DNA from: Octopus vulgaris
Lineage: Eukaryota
Reading direction: 5' to 3'
Assembly: GCA_951406725.2 (NCBI GenBank)
Contig: OX597827.1
Location: 19,592,001 to 19,656,000, forward strand
Length of the DNA stretch: 64,000 nt
The position numbers were made by a program, and so were the translations under genes. Within the stretch, counting starts at the first letter, position 1, and every line of letters begins with the position of its first letter. The notes under the pieces are model-generated. The model ran no database searches. It was not told the origin of the DNA and worked only from the letters and a program-made list of their open reading frames with translations. Below, piece by piece: positions 1-13,440 of this stretch.

Positions 1-626
1 TGTTCAAATCAGTTCAGATCAATTAATGTTCACGATACGTTACAGTCCAATCAGAACAGTTCAATACATTAAAGTCTTTCTCTTTCTGTTACATTTCAAT
101 ACAACTCAACAACACAGTTCTTTATAATCTCTTCATTTCTTTTCTTCCTCTTTTCCTTAATTCACAGTTCTTTTCACATATCAAACATAAACAACACATA
201 CCGTTTCAATTCCTACTATAATAGCCGTGCCTTCTATCCGCCGTAGTCCCTCCTTCGCTCTCAGTCCTCTGTGTATGTCTTTCTCAACCTCTCATCCTCT
301 CACTGTCCGCCTGTCGTTCTCAACGCTTTCACTGTCACTCTCTCGCCTGTCATCCCTCAGATTGTCTGTCTGTCTTTCTCAACTGCCCTGTTACCAACTC
401 ACTGTCTCCGGCCGAACTGTCACAAACTCACAGCTCGTCGCTTTTTAAAGGGTAGCTTCCTTGACCCTTCTTTGACCGGGAAAAGGGCAGAGGTCTTTCC
501 GAAGGCCATTACTATTTCGTGAATCTGACAGAACAAAGGACAATAACTTTAGATTCCAGACCTTCAGACTACAAACGAGCAAAGTAGGTCATAGCAGTTG
601 TTTCCCGAATTGACCTACTCGTATCA
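1..626 (-). mobile_element. LTR-like repeat (probable solo or partial LTR running off the window)
   Basis: 445-626 is a diverged reverse complement of 9808-9990; both copies start sharply at 5'-TGATACGAGTAGGTCAAT (TG start typical of LTRs). Confidence 0.5.
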
Positions 627-1353
627 ATATATAGATAAAACTTACTTGGAAAAGTATGCGTGGCGTTCGCTCAAATAATAATATAAATAATATATAAGTA
701 TATGAATATATACATACATATATGTACATACCTACATCTATATGTGTATATACATGCATATATGGGTACAGGACAAAAAAAAAACGTTGAACACAATGAG
801 AAACGAAAACATGGAAACAAAAACATGGAAACAAACTTTCTTTCGAACAACGAAAAAACAGAGAAACGAGACATACAACATAAAGAATATTCTTCTTCAG
901 TTGTCCCTGTTTCATCTACTCCACGTCGAAGGCAAGGACAAGACGCGACTTTGTTGAAACAGCCCTTCCCGCAAAGCAAATGAAATAAAATTTTGAATTT
1001 TTTGTGGTGGGTGAAAGTGGTAACAAGAACAGGACAGTGAAAACAAAACAGTAAAAGCAAACGGCGAGGGCTGTTAAGCCAAGACGATAGAAAAATTATG
1101 AACGCGAGGAAGACGAGCTTATGAAGGAGACAGTATAAGCACGTTTTTTCTTTACGAAGGTTGTGGGCAGAAAGATAGATTATCTTTCGTCACGTGTCAG
1201 CGACGAGAGAGTCGAGGAGGAGGAGTGACAGAGAGTGAACGGGGAAAGGGAGAGGAGAATAGGGAAGGGTGTGTGTATACATATATGTATATATGTATGT
1301 GTGTGTATATATGTATGTATATATATATATGTGTGTGTATATATGTATGTGTG

Positions 1354-1390
<37 letters not shown>

Positions 1391-3039
1391 TTTTTTCTTT
1401 ACCGGTTTCAGCCCAAAGCTTCAGTCATACTGTTGCACCACCTGTAGTTACTCAGTGTTGTTTCCTATATTGTTTTGGGTGAAGTAGAGAGTTAGACGGA
1501 GGTGCTCTTCTTTGCGTCTCCTGTCGTGATGGTGGTTCATATGGCGTCTCAGATGGAAACCTGTCCAGACGTTAGTTGTGTAGAATCAATTTTTCTTCAC
1601 AAGTCACACCAGGCGATAAAAAAGACACAAAGCAGATTTCACAACGGCGTTCCTTTCATTTATGATTTTGCTCTATTTGTGTAACCTTCCAAGGAGGTGC
1701 GAATATCGAGCTAACTGTTAAATGGTCAACGTTTAGTTCTTCTGCAGTTGTTTTGTGTGAGTTCGCTTGAATAATGTTCCATAATTGGTCGTTGCGGGTC
1801 ATTCGTAACCTTTCTCTTCGTCACGTCTCTCTTTCCTAAGACATTTTTGGAGTTAATGTTGAGGTGTATATTGATAGATGGTTCCTTGGCCAAAGGTCTA
1901 GTTGATATTATTAGCAATTTCTGCTGCTTTACGTTCCTCTTGGAACTCTCAGTATATTCGCTCGATTCTGCTTTTGCCTCCATCTTTAATATGACAGCTA
2001 AAAGTATTCACTAATAAAGATTGAAAGTAACACTATTTGTATAAATCGAAAGACATGAAATCTGGGCTTGAAAAAAGTACAGGAATGCAGTTAAGCAAAA
2101 GTTTATTACAAAATCAGCATCAAAGTTTAGAATTATAACTGCAACTATTTTTGCACAGTGTATATATGTATGTGTATGTATATATTTATATGTGCGTGTG
2201 TGTGTTCGGGTGTTTGTACGACTGTGTTTTATGAAAATGTATGCAGGGAAGGAAAAATCAACGCCAAGGTCTAATTGAAATCAATACGTCAGTGTTTCTG
2301 ATTGCTTTTATATGTTTGTATGTGTTTCAATAAATTGATTGGTTAGTCATAACGAACAGGTAGAAATCTAGGTAAATGTGTGCACTTAACCTTTCTGCAT
2401 CCGTTTCTGCCAAGTAATAAGGTGAGTTAACACGTACAAATTGTTTCACAAGTAAAAGATGTACTGGAAGGTTTGTTACAAATTCGTACTTGACAAAATT
2501 GATTCGTTTTCATCATGACATAAGTTTTATAACCTATTCTCTTCTCTGATTGATCGTTGTTATTTCATTATATTCATTGTATCGCCACCGTTCTATCTCT
2601 CTTTATAACGAGGTAAAGATGAAAGGTTTGATTTAGACGCAGATCGTCAATTTTCAGTTCTGCGAGTCATTCTCTGTTCTTAGCATTTTACTTTGCTACC
2701 AGGAAGGGATCTTGTTATACTTTACACCTGGGACAGCCCAGCAAAGAGACAAGTATTATTCAACTGAGAGGTTGACACCTTGCTCCTTTGATAACCCAGC
2801 ACAATGTCATCCGTATGTGACGCTCAATGCCTTTATTCGATGAAGTAGTTATCGAAATGAACAAGTGATCCACTTTCAGTTTCAGTTTTCAATTGTGTCA
2901 GCATTCTTCTTGAAAAAGTCACGAGCTTCTTAGAATTCAATTCCTCCGCCTCTTCATTATAAAGAAATTTAATCCATAGAAGTGTATTTGAGGTTTCGAG
3001 CTGAAGCTCTTCTGAAAGTAGGACAGAAAGAGAAAAAGG

Positions 3040-3467
3040 GGATCTTTTCGGTTTGAACGGCAGTTTTTAACATAATTTCTAGGTAACTAAAAAATTTTAA
3101 ACTTCGTATACTGGTAGAATGTGTTTATAAAACATCTTTTTCTCTTGGCTTTATTGTGAAAATTCTATAGTTTGTAAGATATTTGTTGTTTTTTTCTTCA
3201 ATTTCTGCAATTTCAACCAATCATTGACGTCCATTGAGGTAAATAACATTCTGTGCCGTATGAATATGTCCCTCGTTTAAGAAACAGATTGGGCTTATTT
3301 ACATTTGTGAAGAAAAAAACACTAACCTAACCCTAACCCTTCCCCCCACCCTAACCCTAACCCTAAAACAGATTGAAATGCAATAGATCGATACTAGGGT
3401 CATAATTATGGGTGACAGTTTCATATGACACCGCTAGAAAAAACTGCCGTTCAAACCGAAAAGATCC
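3040..3467 (+). mobile_element. Merlin-like MITE (family A) with (CCCTAA)n tract
   Basis: TIRs GGATCTTTTCGGTTTGAACGGCAGTTTTT / AAAAACTGCCGTTCAAACCGAAAAGATCC; many near-identical copies in window. Confidence 0.9.
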
Positions 3468-3774
3468 AAGACCTTTATTCGGTTGTCGCTTACCTTCTCA
3501 GCTGGATGCACCAACAACCCAAAGCGAATGTGGATCGCACTTCAATTTTTTAACAGCTCCCTCTTTGCCTTTAAGCGATTGGTGTATCCGTCGATTGCTT
3601 GTTTGGACAAATGTGAAATTCATTTTCTTAGTTCTGGTCTCGTTGTTTTTGTTACTGTTGTTTCAAATGGCTTTCCAGACTTTATCTCAATGTCGTTGGT
3701 GTGTCGACGATGTATATATTGTGACGTCATTGCTTTTGTTTATTGTGACATCAGCAGTAATGGCCGTTACCATG

Positions 3775-3864
3775 ATGCAATAGATCGATACTAGGGTCAT
3801 AGTTATGAGTGACAATTTCATATGACACCACTAGAAAAAACTGCCGTTCAAGCCGAAAAGATCC
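3775..3864 (+). mobile_element. MITE family A, right-end fragment
   Basis: Matches last ~90 bp of 3040-3467 including the TIR. Confidence 0.85.
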
Positions 3865-4392
3865 CAAGATGAGCGCATGGATTCTCAGAACTTTCCGGTC
3901 CAGTGGGTCAGATGTCATTGTCCTTCTTTCAACAGTCTCACATATCCCAGTCCCTTGGGATCATTATTAACAAAGAAAATAATATGAAAGTTGAAGCAGC
4001 TTGGGGGACAGTTACAAAAATATACGAAAATAAAGAAAATTCAAGGGAGGAATGAGGAATTACAACCGTGTTTCGTGGTCTGCTACCACAACAGCTCCTT
4101 TATAGGATCCAGTTAGCTCAAGACATCATCAGGAATAAATGGCATGACAAACCTTCGTTACATTAAAACACACAGATTCTTTTCTTTCCTCTATAATCAC
4201 GAGTGCTACCTGAGTTGTTTTAATGTGAAAAACGTACCAAAAGTGTTCCCTGAACGATTAAAGATCACTTATGGTTGGGAGTGCATACCATACGCCACTC
4301 TAACCCTATTTTGACTTGCTTTATTCCATTCTGCATTATTCCGAAACAAACAAGAAAGACACCGTTAAACGGTATCTGGTTAAAGGTTGAAA

Positions 4393-5330
4393 GGCGGTGA
4401 GCTGGCAGAAACGTTAGCGCGCTGGGCGAAATGCTTAGTGGTATTTCGTCTGCCGTTACGTTGTGAGTTCAAATTCCGCCGAGTGCCTTTCATCCTTTCG
4501 GGGTCGATAAATTAAGTACCAGTTAAGCACTGGGGTCGATATAATCGACTTAATACCTATGTCTGTCCATGTTTGTCCCCTCTGTGTTTAGCCCCTTGTG
4601 GGTAATAAAGAAATAGAAATAGGTATTTCGTCTGTCTTTACGTTGTGAGTTCAAATTCCGCTGAGGTCGACCTTGCCTTTCATCCTTTCGGGGTCGATAA
4701 ATTAAGTACCAGTTACGCACTGGGGTCGATGTAATCGACTTAATACCTATGTCTGTCCTTGTTTGTCCCCTCTGTGTTTAGCCCCTTGTGGGTAATAAAG
4801 AAATAGGTATCTGGTTAAAGGTGGAAATCTACACTCACCTTATTACTTTGCACAAACGGATGCAGAAAGGTTAGGTGGTGAGCTGGCAGAAACGTTAGCG
4901 TGCCGGGCGAAATGCTTAGCGGTATTTCGTCTGTCTTTACGTTCTGAGTTCAAATTCCGCCGAGGTCGACTTTACCTTTCATCCTTTCGGGGTCGATTAA
5001 ATAAGTACCAGTTACGCACTGGGGTCGATATAATCGACTTAATCCGTGTGTCTGTCCTTGTTTGTCCCCTCTGCGTTTAGCCCCTTGTGGCTAATAAAGA
5101 AATAGGTATCTGGTTAAAGGTGGAAATCTACACTCACCTTATTACTTGGCACAAATGGATGCAGAAAGGTTAACACACCGGCGAAATGCTTAGCGGTATT
5201 TCGCCTGTCTTTACGTTCTGAGTTCAAATTCCGCCGAGGTCGACTTTGCCTTTCATCCTTTCGGGGTCGATATAATCGACTTAATCCGTGTGTCTGTCCT
5301 TGTTTAGCCCCTTGTGAGTAGTAAAGAAAT
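4393..5330 (+). mobile_element. Cluster of tRNA-derived SINE family B (multimers)
   Basis: Head GGCGGTGAGCTGGCAGAAACGTTAGC, B-box-like GAGTTCAAATTCC, body GCCTTTCATCCTTTCGGGGTCGATAAATTAAGTACC (resembles MetaSINE domain); 22-bp TSD with 1 mismatch at 4371-4392 / 4805-4826. Confidence 0.9.
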
Positions 5331-5822
5331 AGGTATCTGGTTAAATTTTTCAAAGAAATAAAAAAAAACCCGACAACCGGATTTGTGTGGGGAAAACAAG
5401 GCGCTATTTATGTGGGTTATGTATTTCAAAAATATGTTTTAAATATGCTTTTAAAGGCTTCAACTGGTGGTGTTGTTAAGTTAGACATGTTATAAGTCAA
5501 TATTAAGGTAATTTTTAGTTTGCACACACACACACGCCAACAGTATTATTGTATGACATGTTACTCTGGTTCTTTATTATTCAGATCATTGATAGAGAAA
5601 CCTGGAATTTTCTCTGTTTTCCCCTGAATGAATGAGAAAAAAGAATATAAGCCACGAATGTGTCTCTATTAGACTTTTCAATGGTGTTCGAAGGTTTACG
5701 GTTGCTCGTACTATGACTTATTTAGAAAGGCAAATCTCCTGATCAGATGCGCAGCCTGTTTGTCTGACTGCGTATTGAATGTGTGTGATATATTTGCAGT
5801 GTTTGTGTTTGACTAGGCAAGC

Positions 5823-6182
5823 ATATATAAACGGCAAAATGTCTGTGTGTGTGTGTCCTTTATACAAATCCACAATTTTTCAGTTAGAGGGCTCGCACTT
5901 TCTATGGTCATTCAAAACCGTCCAAGGGTGGTCGTGCACATCTTTACCTTTCCCCAGTCACCCCGCAAAGCCATTAAAAAATCAATAGAAGTGACTTTTT
6001 TGTGAATTTTCTATCCAAAACCCAATCAAAATGCCCGAAACTTGATACGCCAATTGAATGCCAGCTAGCTGTATGTGATTGGTTGGAGATTTGGACAGTA
6101 CTCGCGTGTATGAGCGCACGCACGCAGCTGCATATGCATGCATTAGCACTATGACCCGGCGTTGCTGGGGTAACAGTGCTAG
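5823..6182 (+). mobile_element. Non-autonomous Helitron
   Basis: 3' hairpin ACCCGGCGTTGCTGGGG then ...GTGCTAG|T; homologous to 46204-46636. Confidence 0.8.
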
Positions 6183-6333
6183 TTCTCCATAAATGAATTA
6201 TTGATCTTAACATTGTGTAAGTTGAAGAGCATCTGGTATGCGTGTGATATTGAGAAACGATGTCTTAGTTTTAGGGAATTCATGGTTATGCTTGTTATGC
6301 GGTGGATTCTGATCTGCTCTATAGTGGATAGGA

Positions 6334-6721
6334 GGAGGCGCAATGGCCCAGTAGTTAGGGCAGCGGACTCGCGGTCGTAGGATCGCGGTTTCGATTCCCA
6401 GACCGGGCGTTGTGAGTGTTTATTGAGCGAAAACACCTAAAGCTCCACGAGGCTCCTGCAGGGGTTGGTGGTGATCCCTGCTGTACTCTTTCACCACAAC
6501 TTTCTCTCACTCTTTCTTCATGTTTCTGTTGTACCTGTATTTCAAAGGGCCGGCCTTGTCACTCTCTGTGTCACGCTGAATATCCCCGAGAATATCCCCG
6601 TTAAGGGTGCACGTGTCTGTGGAGTGCTCAGCCACTTACACGTTAATTTCACGAGCAGGCTGTTCCGTTGATGGGATCAACCGGAACCCTCGTCGTCGTA
6701 ACCGACGGAGTGTTTCCATCC
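6334..6721 (+). mobile_element. tRNA-derived SINE family D
   Basis: A box TGGCCCAGTAGTTAGG, B box GGTTTCGATTCCC; perfect 13-bp TSD ATAGTGGATAGGA (6321-6333 / 6722-6734). Confidence 0.9.
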
Positions 6722-7470
6722 ATAGTGGATAGGACTTAATTCATACAAACTAAGTGTATACTGAAACCACTTCTAGGTACAGCATAACTAAAATTGGTGG
6801 AGTTGTTCTATCGAGCGCATGCGTGTCTGAGGATAGATCAGAAATTGTCCTACATGTTCTGGCCACAAAGTATTATGGCCAGTTGGTGGTTGGAATTTTT
6901 ATGTATTTGGTGTTTTCATTCGGATTTATGTAGGATGGATTTTACATGTCATTTAAGTGTTGAGCAGCGTAAGGTTAGTACTAATAGCTCTGTGTAAGCT
7001 AAACTCCATACTGATCACTTGATCACTTTGACCGACCAGTCCGTCAGGCGTCCAATTGACACCGCTGGTCACAGCACGCTGTCCACTCCTCTCTGTATGG
7101 AGTTCAAAGAGTTCAGAGAAGGCCTTTGAACTCCATACATATTCCTTGGAAATTCTTCCTGAAACCGTCTTGTGGAAATTAATGCTGTGAGATGGCCGTG
7201 TAATTCGGAGCTCTTGGAACAATCGTACCATTCCAACAACTATTGGTAATTGAATCCCTGCTTGTCCACGTATACGTAATTTAATCTTGTCATTGGTGGC
7301 TCGATTTTTTCAAATTTGTTTCAAAAAATAGCTGCCAAATCAGCTTCCAATCACAGCCTACCGTCTTAAAAAAAGTGAAGAACACTGAATATTGATCACG
7401 TTTGAAATACTTTCGACCATAGGTCTGTTCGATTATACTTGAACTGGGGCTTAACAATAAGTGATATTTA

Positions 7471-7883
7471 GGCGAGCTGGCAGAACCGTTAGCACGCCGG
7501 GCGAAATGCGTAGCCGTATTTCATCTGCCGTTACGTTCTGAGTTCAAATTCCGCCGAGGTCGACTTTGCCTTTCATCCTTTCGGGGTCGATAAATTAAGT
7601 ACCAGTTACGCACTGGGGTCGATGTAATCGACTTAATCCGTTTGTCTGTCCTTGTTTGTCCCCTCTATGTTTAGCCCCTTGTGGGCAATATAGAAATAGG
7701 TATTTCGTCTGCCGCTATGTTCTGAGTTCAAATTCCGCCGAGGTCGACTTTGCCTTTCATCCTTTCGGGGTCGATAAATTAAGTACCAGTTACGCACTGG
7801 GGGTCGATGTAGTCGACTTAATCCGTTTGTCTGTCCTTGTTTGTCCCCTTTATGTTTAACCCCTTGTGGGTAATAAAGAAACA
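7471..7883 (+). mobile_element. SINE family B dimer
   Basis: Head plus two tandem bodies; flanked by GATATTTAGGC duplication. Confidence 0.88.
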
Positions 7884-8441
7884 GATATTTAGGCAGGTGA
7901 GCTAACAACCTGGTTTCCTTTCCCAGTTAAAAACAATTTCACTTCTGCTCATAATTCGTCTGAGAAACGATAGGCCGCTATAATATCCCACTTTGCCTTC
8001 TGATATTTTCTGCAGCCTTCTGTTCCAGTCAGAAATCAATATGAATCCATTAACTGCCTTCCCTTCTCTGCATCTACAACACTCAACTTCCTTTCCTCAC
8101 TCACTCGTTTCCTCTTCTCATTAAATTTCACTGAGACAACTTTTATTTGCTTCGAAGAAGTTGCTACTGAAACTTAAGTAGATCGATATTGCGATCCTTT
8201 CGTTGCTAAAACCTAAATCTTCCCTCATGAACCCAAATTATTTTAATGCCGACCTTAAATACTTTCTTCAAAGAATTGATTAATTCAAATACTCTCTGAT
8301 TGTATTGCGCAATTTTCATCGAACACTAATTGCATTAATTGCTAAATCTACACCATCGAATGTTTTTCTGGTTATTGACTGATATATTAAAATGTATTCA
8401 AAATCAGTACTGTTACAGTCAAGCTCGCTCTCTCCCTCTAT

Positions 8442-8548
<107 letters not shown>

Positions 8549-8617
8549 GCCAGTTGAGTAAAGTTAAAGCATGGTCTGGTTTTCACGTTTTTTTTATTAC
8601 GGTATTTTGACATTAAA

Positions 8618-9032
8618 GGGCGGTGAGCTGGCAGAATCGTTAGCACGCCGGGTGAAATGCTTAGTATTTCGTCTGCCGCTACGTTCTGAGTTCAAATTCC
8701 GCCGAGGTCGACTTTGCCTTTCATCCTTTCGGGGGTCGATTAAATAAGTACCAGTTACTTACTGGGGTCGATGTAATCGACTTAATACCTATGTCTGTCC
8801 TTGTTTGTTCCCCTCTGTGTTTAGCCCCTTGTGGGTAATAAAGAAATAGGTATTTCGTCTGCCGCTACGCTCTGAGTTCAAATTCTGCCGAGGTCGACTT
8901 TGCCTTTCATCCTTTCGGGGTCGATTAAATAAGTACCAGTTACGCACTGGGGTCGATGTAATCGAATTAATACCTATGTCTGTCCTTGTTTGTCCCCTCT
9001 GTGTTTAGCCCCTTGTGGGTAATAAAGAAATA
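8618..9032 (+). mobile_element. SINE family B dimer
   Basis: Head plus two bodies; perfect 17-bp TSD GGTATTTTGACATTAAA (8601-8617 / 9033-9049). Confidence 0.92.
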
Positions 9033-9426
9033 GGTATTTTGACATTAAAAAATTTTATTTTGTAATTCTCCTAAAGTTAAATTAGTACTTTCAAATATAG
9101 TGTACTCATCAGATTTCAAATGTATTTCACTGACAATTTGAGTTCTTGGTAACTTTTAGTACCTCTTAGAACGTTTCAACAAGCTGAATTTTTAGGATAC
9201 CTTTTTGACCAATCCGCACACTCTTAAGCATCATGATTTGCCAAACGTACCGATATTCTGTAACTTGTTTATATTTATTTATCCACATCATTAACTGGTT
9301 GTTTTATTATTGTTCTTATTTCCGTTCAGAACAGGTTTGAACATTTTAATGAACCGTGTCTCATTTATCTTTCTTCCAACCTCACTCGTGTCATGTAGTT
9401 TGTGAAAAGGAAAAGTTAGAAACATT

Positions 9427-9807
9427 GGATCTTTTCGGTTTGAACGGCAGTTTTTTCTAGCATATGAAATTGTCACCCATAATTATGACCCTAGTATCGA
9501 TCTATTGCATTTCAATCTGTTTTAGGGTTAGGGTTAGGGGTGGGGGGAAGGGTATCTTTTTTTCTTCACAAATGTAAATAAACCCAATCTGTTTCTTAAA
9601 CGAAGGGCATATTCATACGGCACAGAACGCTTTTTTTTACCTCAATAGACGTCATTGATTGGTTGAAATTGCAGAAATTGAAGAAAAAAACAAAAAATAT
9701 CTTACAAACCATAGAATTTTCTCAATAAAGCCAAGAGAAAAATATGTTTTATAAACACATTCTACCAGTATACGAAGTTTAAATTTTTTTAGTTACCTAG
9801 AAATTAT
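9427..9807 (-). mobile_element. MITE family A, truncated
   Basis: One TIR at 9427; the other end is replaced by LTR-like sequence starting at 9808. Confidence 0.88.
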
Positions 9808-9990
9808 TGATACGAGTAGGTCAATCCGTAAACAACTTCTATGACCTACTTTGCTTGGGTTGTATTCTGAAGGTCTGGAATCTAAAGTTATTGTCCTTTA
9901 TTCTGTCAGATTCACGAAAGAGTAATGAGCTTTGAGGGGACCTTTGGCCTTGTGCCGGTCAGGGAAGGGTCAAGGAAACTACCCTATAAA
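9808..9990 (+). mobile_element. LTR-like fragment
   Basis: Reverse complement of 445-626; begins TG. Confidence 0.55.
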
Positions 9991-10044
9991 AAAAAGCAGG
10001 AGCTTTTGACTGAAACAAGTAAAAGAGTAAAAGAGTAAATAGGA

Positions 10045-10295
10045 CAATCTTTTTCCAGAAAATTGTGAATTTCCTCATCCAGCTCTGATGTTCTGATAAC
10101 CCCCTTCCCTCCCACTTTACTCATCCTCTCTCTCCTTCTCTCTGCCATTCTTTGACCTCTTGTACCAGCGAAAGAAAAAACAGATGCTTGCCTGTATAAC
10201 TTCATCCCTAAGCAGTCTAGAGCATTGCATAAGCATTTCTGTAGCGTTTCACCCTTTTTAACACAAAGCTGTATTACTGAGCGAGTTTCCAAATT
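10045..10295 (-). pseudogene. mariner transposase N-terminal relic
   Basis: METRSVIQLCVKKGET...SVF resembles the mariner HTH start E.RAVIKFCVKLGK. Confidence 0.45.
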
Positions 10296-10555
10296 ATCTT
10301 CACGTTCCGACTATATTCTGCAAACTGTTGACAATCAGTCATTTGTAGTGTTGTTTGCAAAGTGCTGTTACAGCCGTATCATTCAATCTGCAATAAAAAA
10401 TTGTTGGCAGGTCAGCTTATTAGAAGTATAAGAATAATATACGAAAATTATAATGATCGAGGACAGTTGTAACTGCTTCTCCGGAAAGCGTTTTGAAGCT
10501 TCTGAATTGCGTCTCATATATGATGTATAAATAGTTTGGCGAGCATGCATGGTTC

Positions 10556-10976
10556 GGATCTTTTCGGTTTGAACGGCAGTTTTTAACATAATTTCTAGGT
10601 AACTAAAAAGTTTTAAACTTCGTATACTGGTAGAATGTGTTTATAAAACATCTTTTTCTCCTGGCTTTATTGAGAAAATTCTATAGTTTGTAAGATATTT
10701 ATTGTTTTTTTTTCTTTAATTTCTGCAATTTCAACCAATCACTGATCTCTATTGAGGTAAAAAACATTCTGTGCCGTATGAATATGTCCCTCGTTTAAGA
10801 AACAGATTGGGTTTATTTACATTTGTGAAGAAAAAAATATACCCCACCCCCACCCCTAACCCTAACCCTAACCCTAAAACATTGAAATGCAATAGATCGA
10901 TTCTAGGGTCATAATTATGAGTGACAATTTCATATGACACTGCTAGAAAAAACTGCCGTTCAAACCGAAAAGATCC
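10556..10976 (+). mobile_element. MITE family A
   Basis: Both TIRs; CCCTAA tract. Confidence 0.92.
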
Positions 10977-11504
10977 AGCCAGTCTTATTTTCTTAATTGT
11001 TAAATTCTGTTTCGATAAATCTGTGTGTGTGTGTGTGTGTGTATGTGTGTGTGTGTGTGTGTGTGTGTTGGTTACATCTTTTAAAATATGTGAGTTTAAA
11101 AATACATGTCTTCCAGTTCATAGTTTCTTAAATCGACATCTCAAGTAAAAGCTGTTAACACAGACAAGTGTTAATATTATACTTGGTAATTACTCGAAAA
11201 CAAAGCTGCGTATATACAAGCTTACATCCACAAGTATTTCATTGTCACATCACAAAAATACACCCACGCACGAACGCACGTCCGCACGACACGCGTCAAT
11301 ATGCATTCCTCGGTGTGACTTGTTCAGTTTATTGATTTGAAAAAAAATCAACCAACCGTCTTCAGTGAAAATCGACTCACAAAATTATTCACAGATATAT
11401 ACGCGCGCATATGTTATCTCACGTATAGCCTTATAATTAAGAAGTTCACTTCGGAACCACTTGGCTCCAGGTTCGCTCAAATAACAAATCGTAATGTACA
11501 TACA

Positions 11505-11913
11505 GTATCTTTTCGGTTTGAACGGCAGTTTTTTCTAGCGGTGTCATATGAAATTGTCACCCATAATTATGACCCTAGAATCGATCTATTGCATTTCAAT
11601 CTGTTTTAGGGTTAGGGTTAGGGTGGGGGAAGGGTATCTTATTTTCTTCACAAATGTAAATAAACCCAATCTGTTTCTTAAACGAGGGACATATTCATAC
11701 GGCACAGAGTGTTTTTTTTACCTCAATAGACGTCATTGATGGGTTGAAATTGCAGAAATTGAAGAAAAAAATACCAACAAAACTATAGAATTTCCTCAAT
11801 AAAGCCAAGAGAAAAAGATGTTTTATAAACACATTCTACCAGTATATGAAGTTTAAAATTTTTTATTTACCTAGAAATTATGTTAAAAACTGCCGTTCAA
11901 ACCGAAAAGATCC
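11505..11913 (-). mobile_element. MITE family A
   Basis: Both TIRs; perfect 8-bp TSD TACATACA. Confidence 0.93.
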
Positions 11914-12231
11914 TACATACATAGATAAACGTAAATTCTACCAAGACAACCGAAGTTCAGAATAACAGATAAGATGGTTATGTAGCGAAACCATTTTCTG
12001 TTCAGGTATATTGAATGCATTAAACTGATAGAGGCTCAGCGTGTTAATCTGTAATGATTGGTGTGAATTTTGAACATTGGTTACATCCTGTGCTTTGATT
12101 GGTTGAGTATAGCGCGGGATTTGGATCGAAGATCCAATCTCGTTGCGCGTAACACATTCTCAAACGAACCTGGATGTGCTCGGGAGCCTACCGTTTTTCT
12201 TTGAATTGGTGTAACAAATCGTCTACGAGTA

Positions 12232-12742
12232 GAGGGGTATGGCCTGGTCAGCCTGTAATGACATGCATAAGATCTGGTCATCAAATCTAAGTAGAGACTT
12301 CAAACTTGAAATCTTCAAAGCCACAGTCGAACCAATTCTACTATATGGCTCAGAAACCTGGACCTTATCAAAGAAGCTTGAGAGGCGGTTGGATGGAACC
12401 TACACTCGCCTCCTTATGAGAGCTCAAAATCTCTCGTGGAAGCGCCATCCAACCAAAATGCAGATATATGGGAAACTACCACCTGTGTTATTTCTTGTGA
12501 AAGGTAAGAGAGTCCAGTTTGCTGGACATTGTTGTAGAGTTGAAAACGAGGTAATTTCTACTCTTCTCCTCTGGAAGCCATCTACTCGCAATACCAGAGG
12601 GCGCACACTCTCCTACCCTGATGTAATCTTCAGGGATACAGGCATCCAGCAACAGGACCTCCGTAATGCCATGATGGACCGTGAAGTCTGGCGTAGCATG
12701 GTAAATTCCATTGTCTCGACCACGGTCGAACAATGATGATGA
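12232..12742 (+). mobile_element. RTE-clade LINE 3' end
   Basis: ORF 12239-12736 with KATVEPILLYGSETW...DREVWR (RTE ORF2 C-terminus); (TGA)n tail right after the stop. Confidence 0.85.
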
Positions 12743-13036
12743 GAGGGGTGAGCGATTTTCATGAAGGCGAGTCACGTTATATTCTTGCCATTGTTTACGA
12801 GAACAAAATTAATATAACGGAGAACATGTAATCAACATCGGCTCGAGCTGAATTATCCAAACGATAGATGAATCCTATAACCCCCGGAATTTATAAGGCT
12901 TTTATTTTGTCTGTTGTACTATTTAACGGAGGAGTAAAGGCCTCGCTGTTATTTTTGAAGTTTGTTTCTGGTATTATTGCAGAAAGGTATACATGATTCT
13001 GTAGTAAGCCAAGGGAGTCTTTAGACCACCCCGTTA

Positions 13037-13037
<1 letters not shown>

Positions 13038-13094
<57 letters not shown>

Positions 13095-13114
13095 GTGCGT
13101 GCGTGTGTGCGTGC

Positions 13115-13161
<47 letters not shown>

Positions 13162-13169
13162 CATGTGTG

Positions 13170-13224
<55 letters not shown>

Positions 13225-13256
13225 GTGCGTGTGTATGTGTGTGTGTGTGCGTGTGT
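13038..13256. repeat. (GT)n microsatellite
   Basis: Direct reading. Confidence 0.95.
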
Positions 13257-13440
13257 CCATTCAGGTGAGTATGCACAGTTGTACTGTATTTGTGTGACAT
13301 GCAATTGTCACTGCATGATGTGTACGATTGTAAGCAAAAGATGTGAGGGCGTTCAAGCGAGTCTGCAAAGGATCATGCCTCTAAAACAGGGGTTATCAGC
13401 TGGGGTCCATATAAGATTTTGTTGAAATTTATGTTAAATA

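Larger units (their letters stand above)
2390..4870. mobile_element. Degenerate piggyBac-like DNA transposon
   Basis: TTAA|CCTTTCTGCATCCGTTTCTGCCAAGTAATAAGGTGAGT at 2386-2427 is the inverted copy of ...GGATGCAGAAAGG|TTA at 4870 and ...GCAGAAAGG|TTAA at 5169-5173; interior decayed and invaded by MITE/SINE copies. Confidence 0.55.

Noticed and set aside
740-1265. TA-flanked PLE-repeat-like segment with a possible ribozyme
   Set aside because: Core pieces are in the wrong order or deleted; single copy in window, so the family cannot be supported
1480-1990. Possible host exon (85-aa minus-strand ORF)
   Set aside because: No recognisable domain or convincing splice sites; needs homology or RNA-seq
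6334-6410. tRNA gene (also 15918, 40184 and family B heads)
   Set aside because: tRNA-like A/B boxes run into SINE bodies with TSDs; no complete acceptor stem or terminator
6953-7290. Possible exon or TE ORF
   Set aside because: Coding-like composition but no motif I can identify
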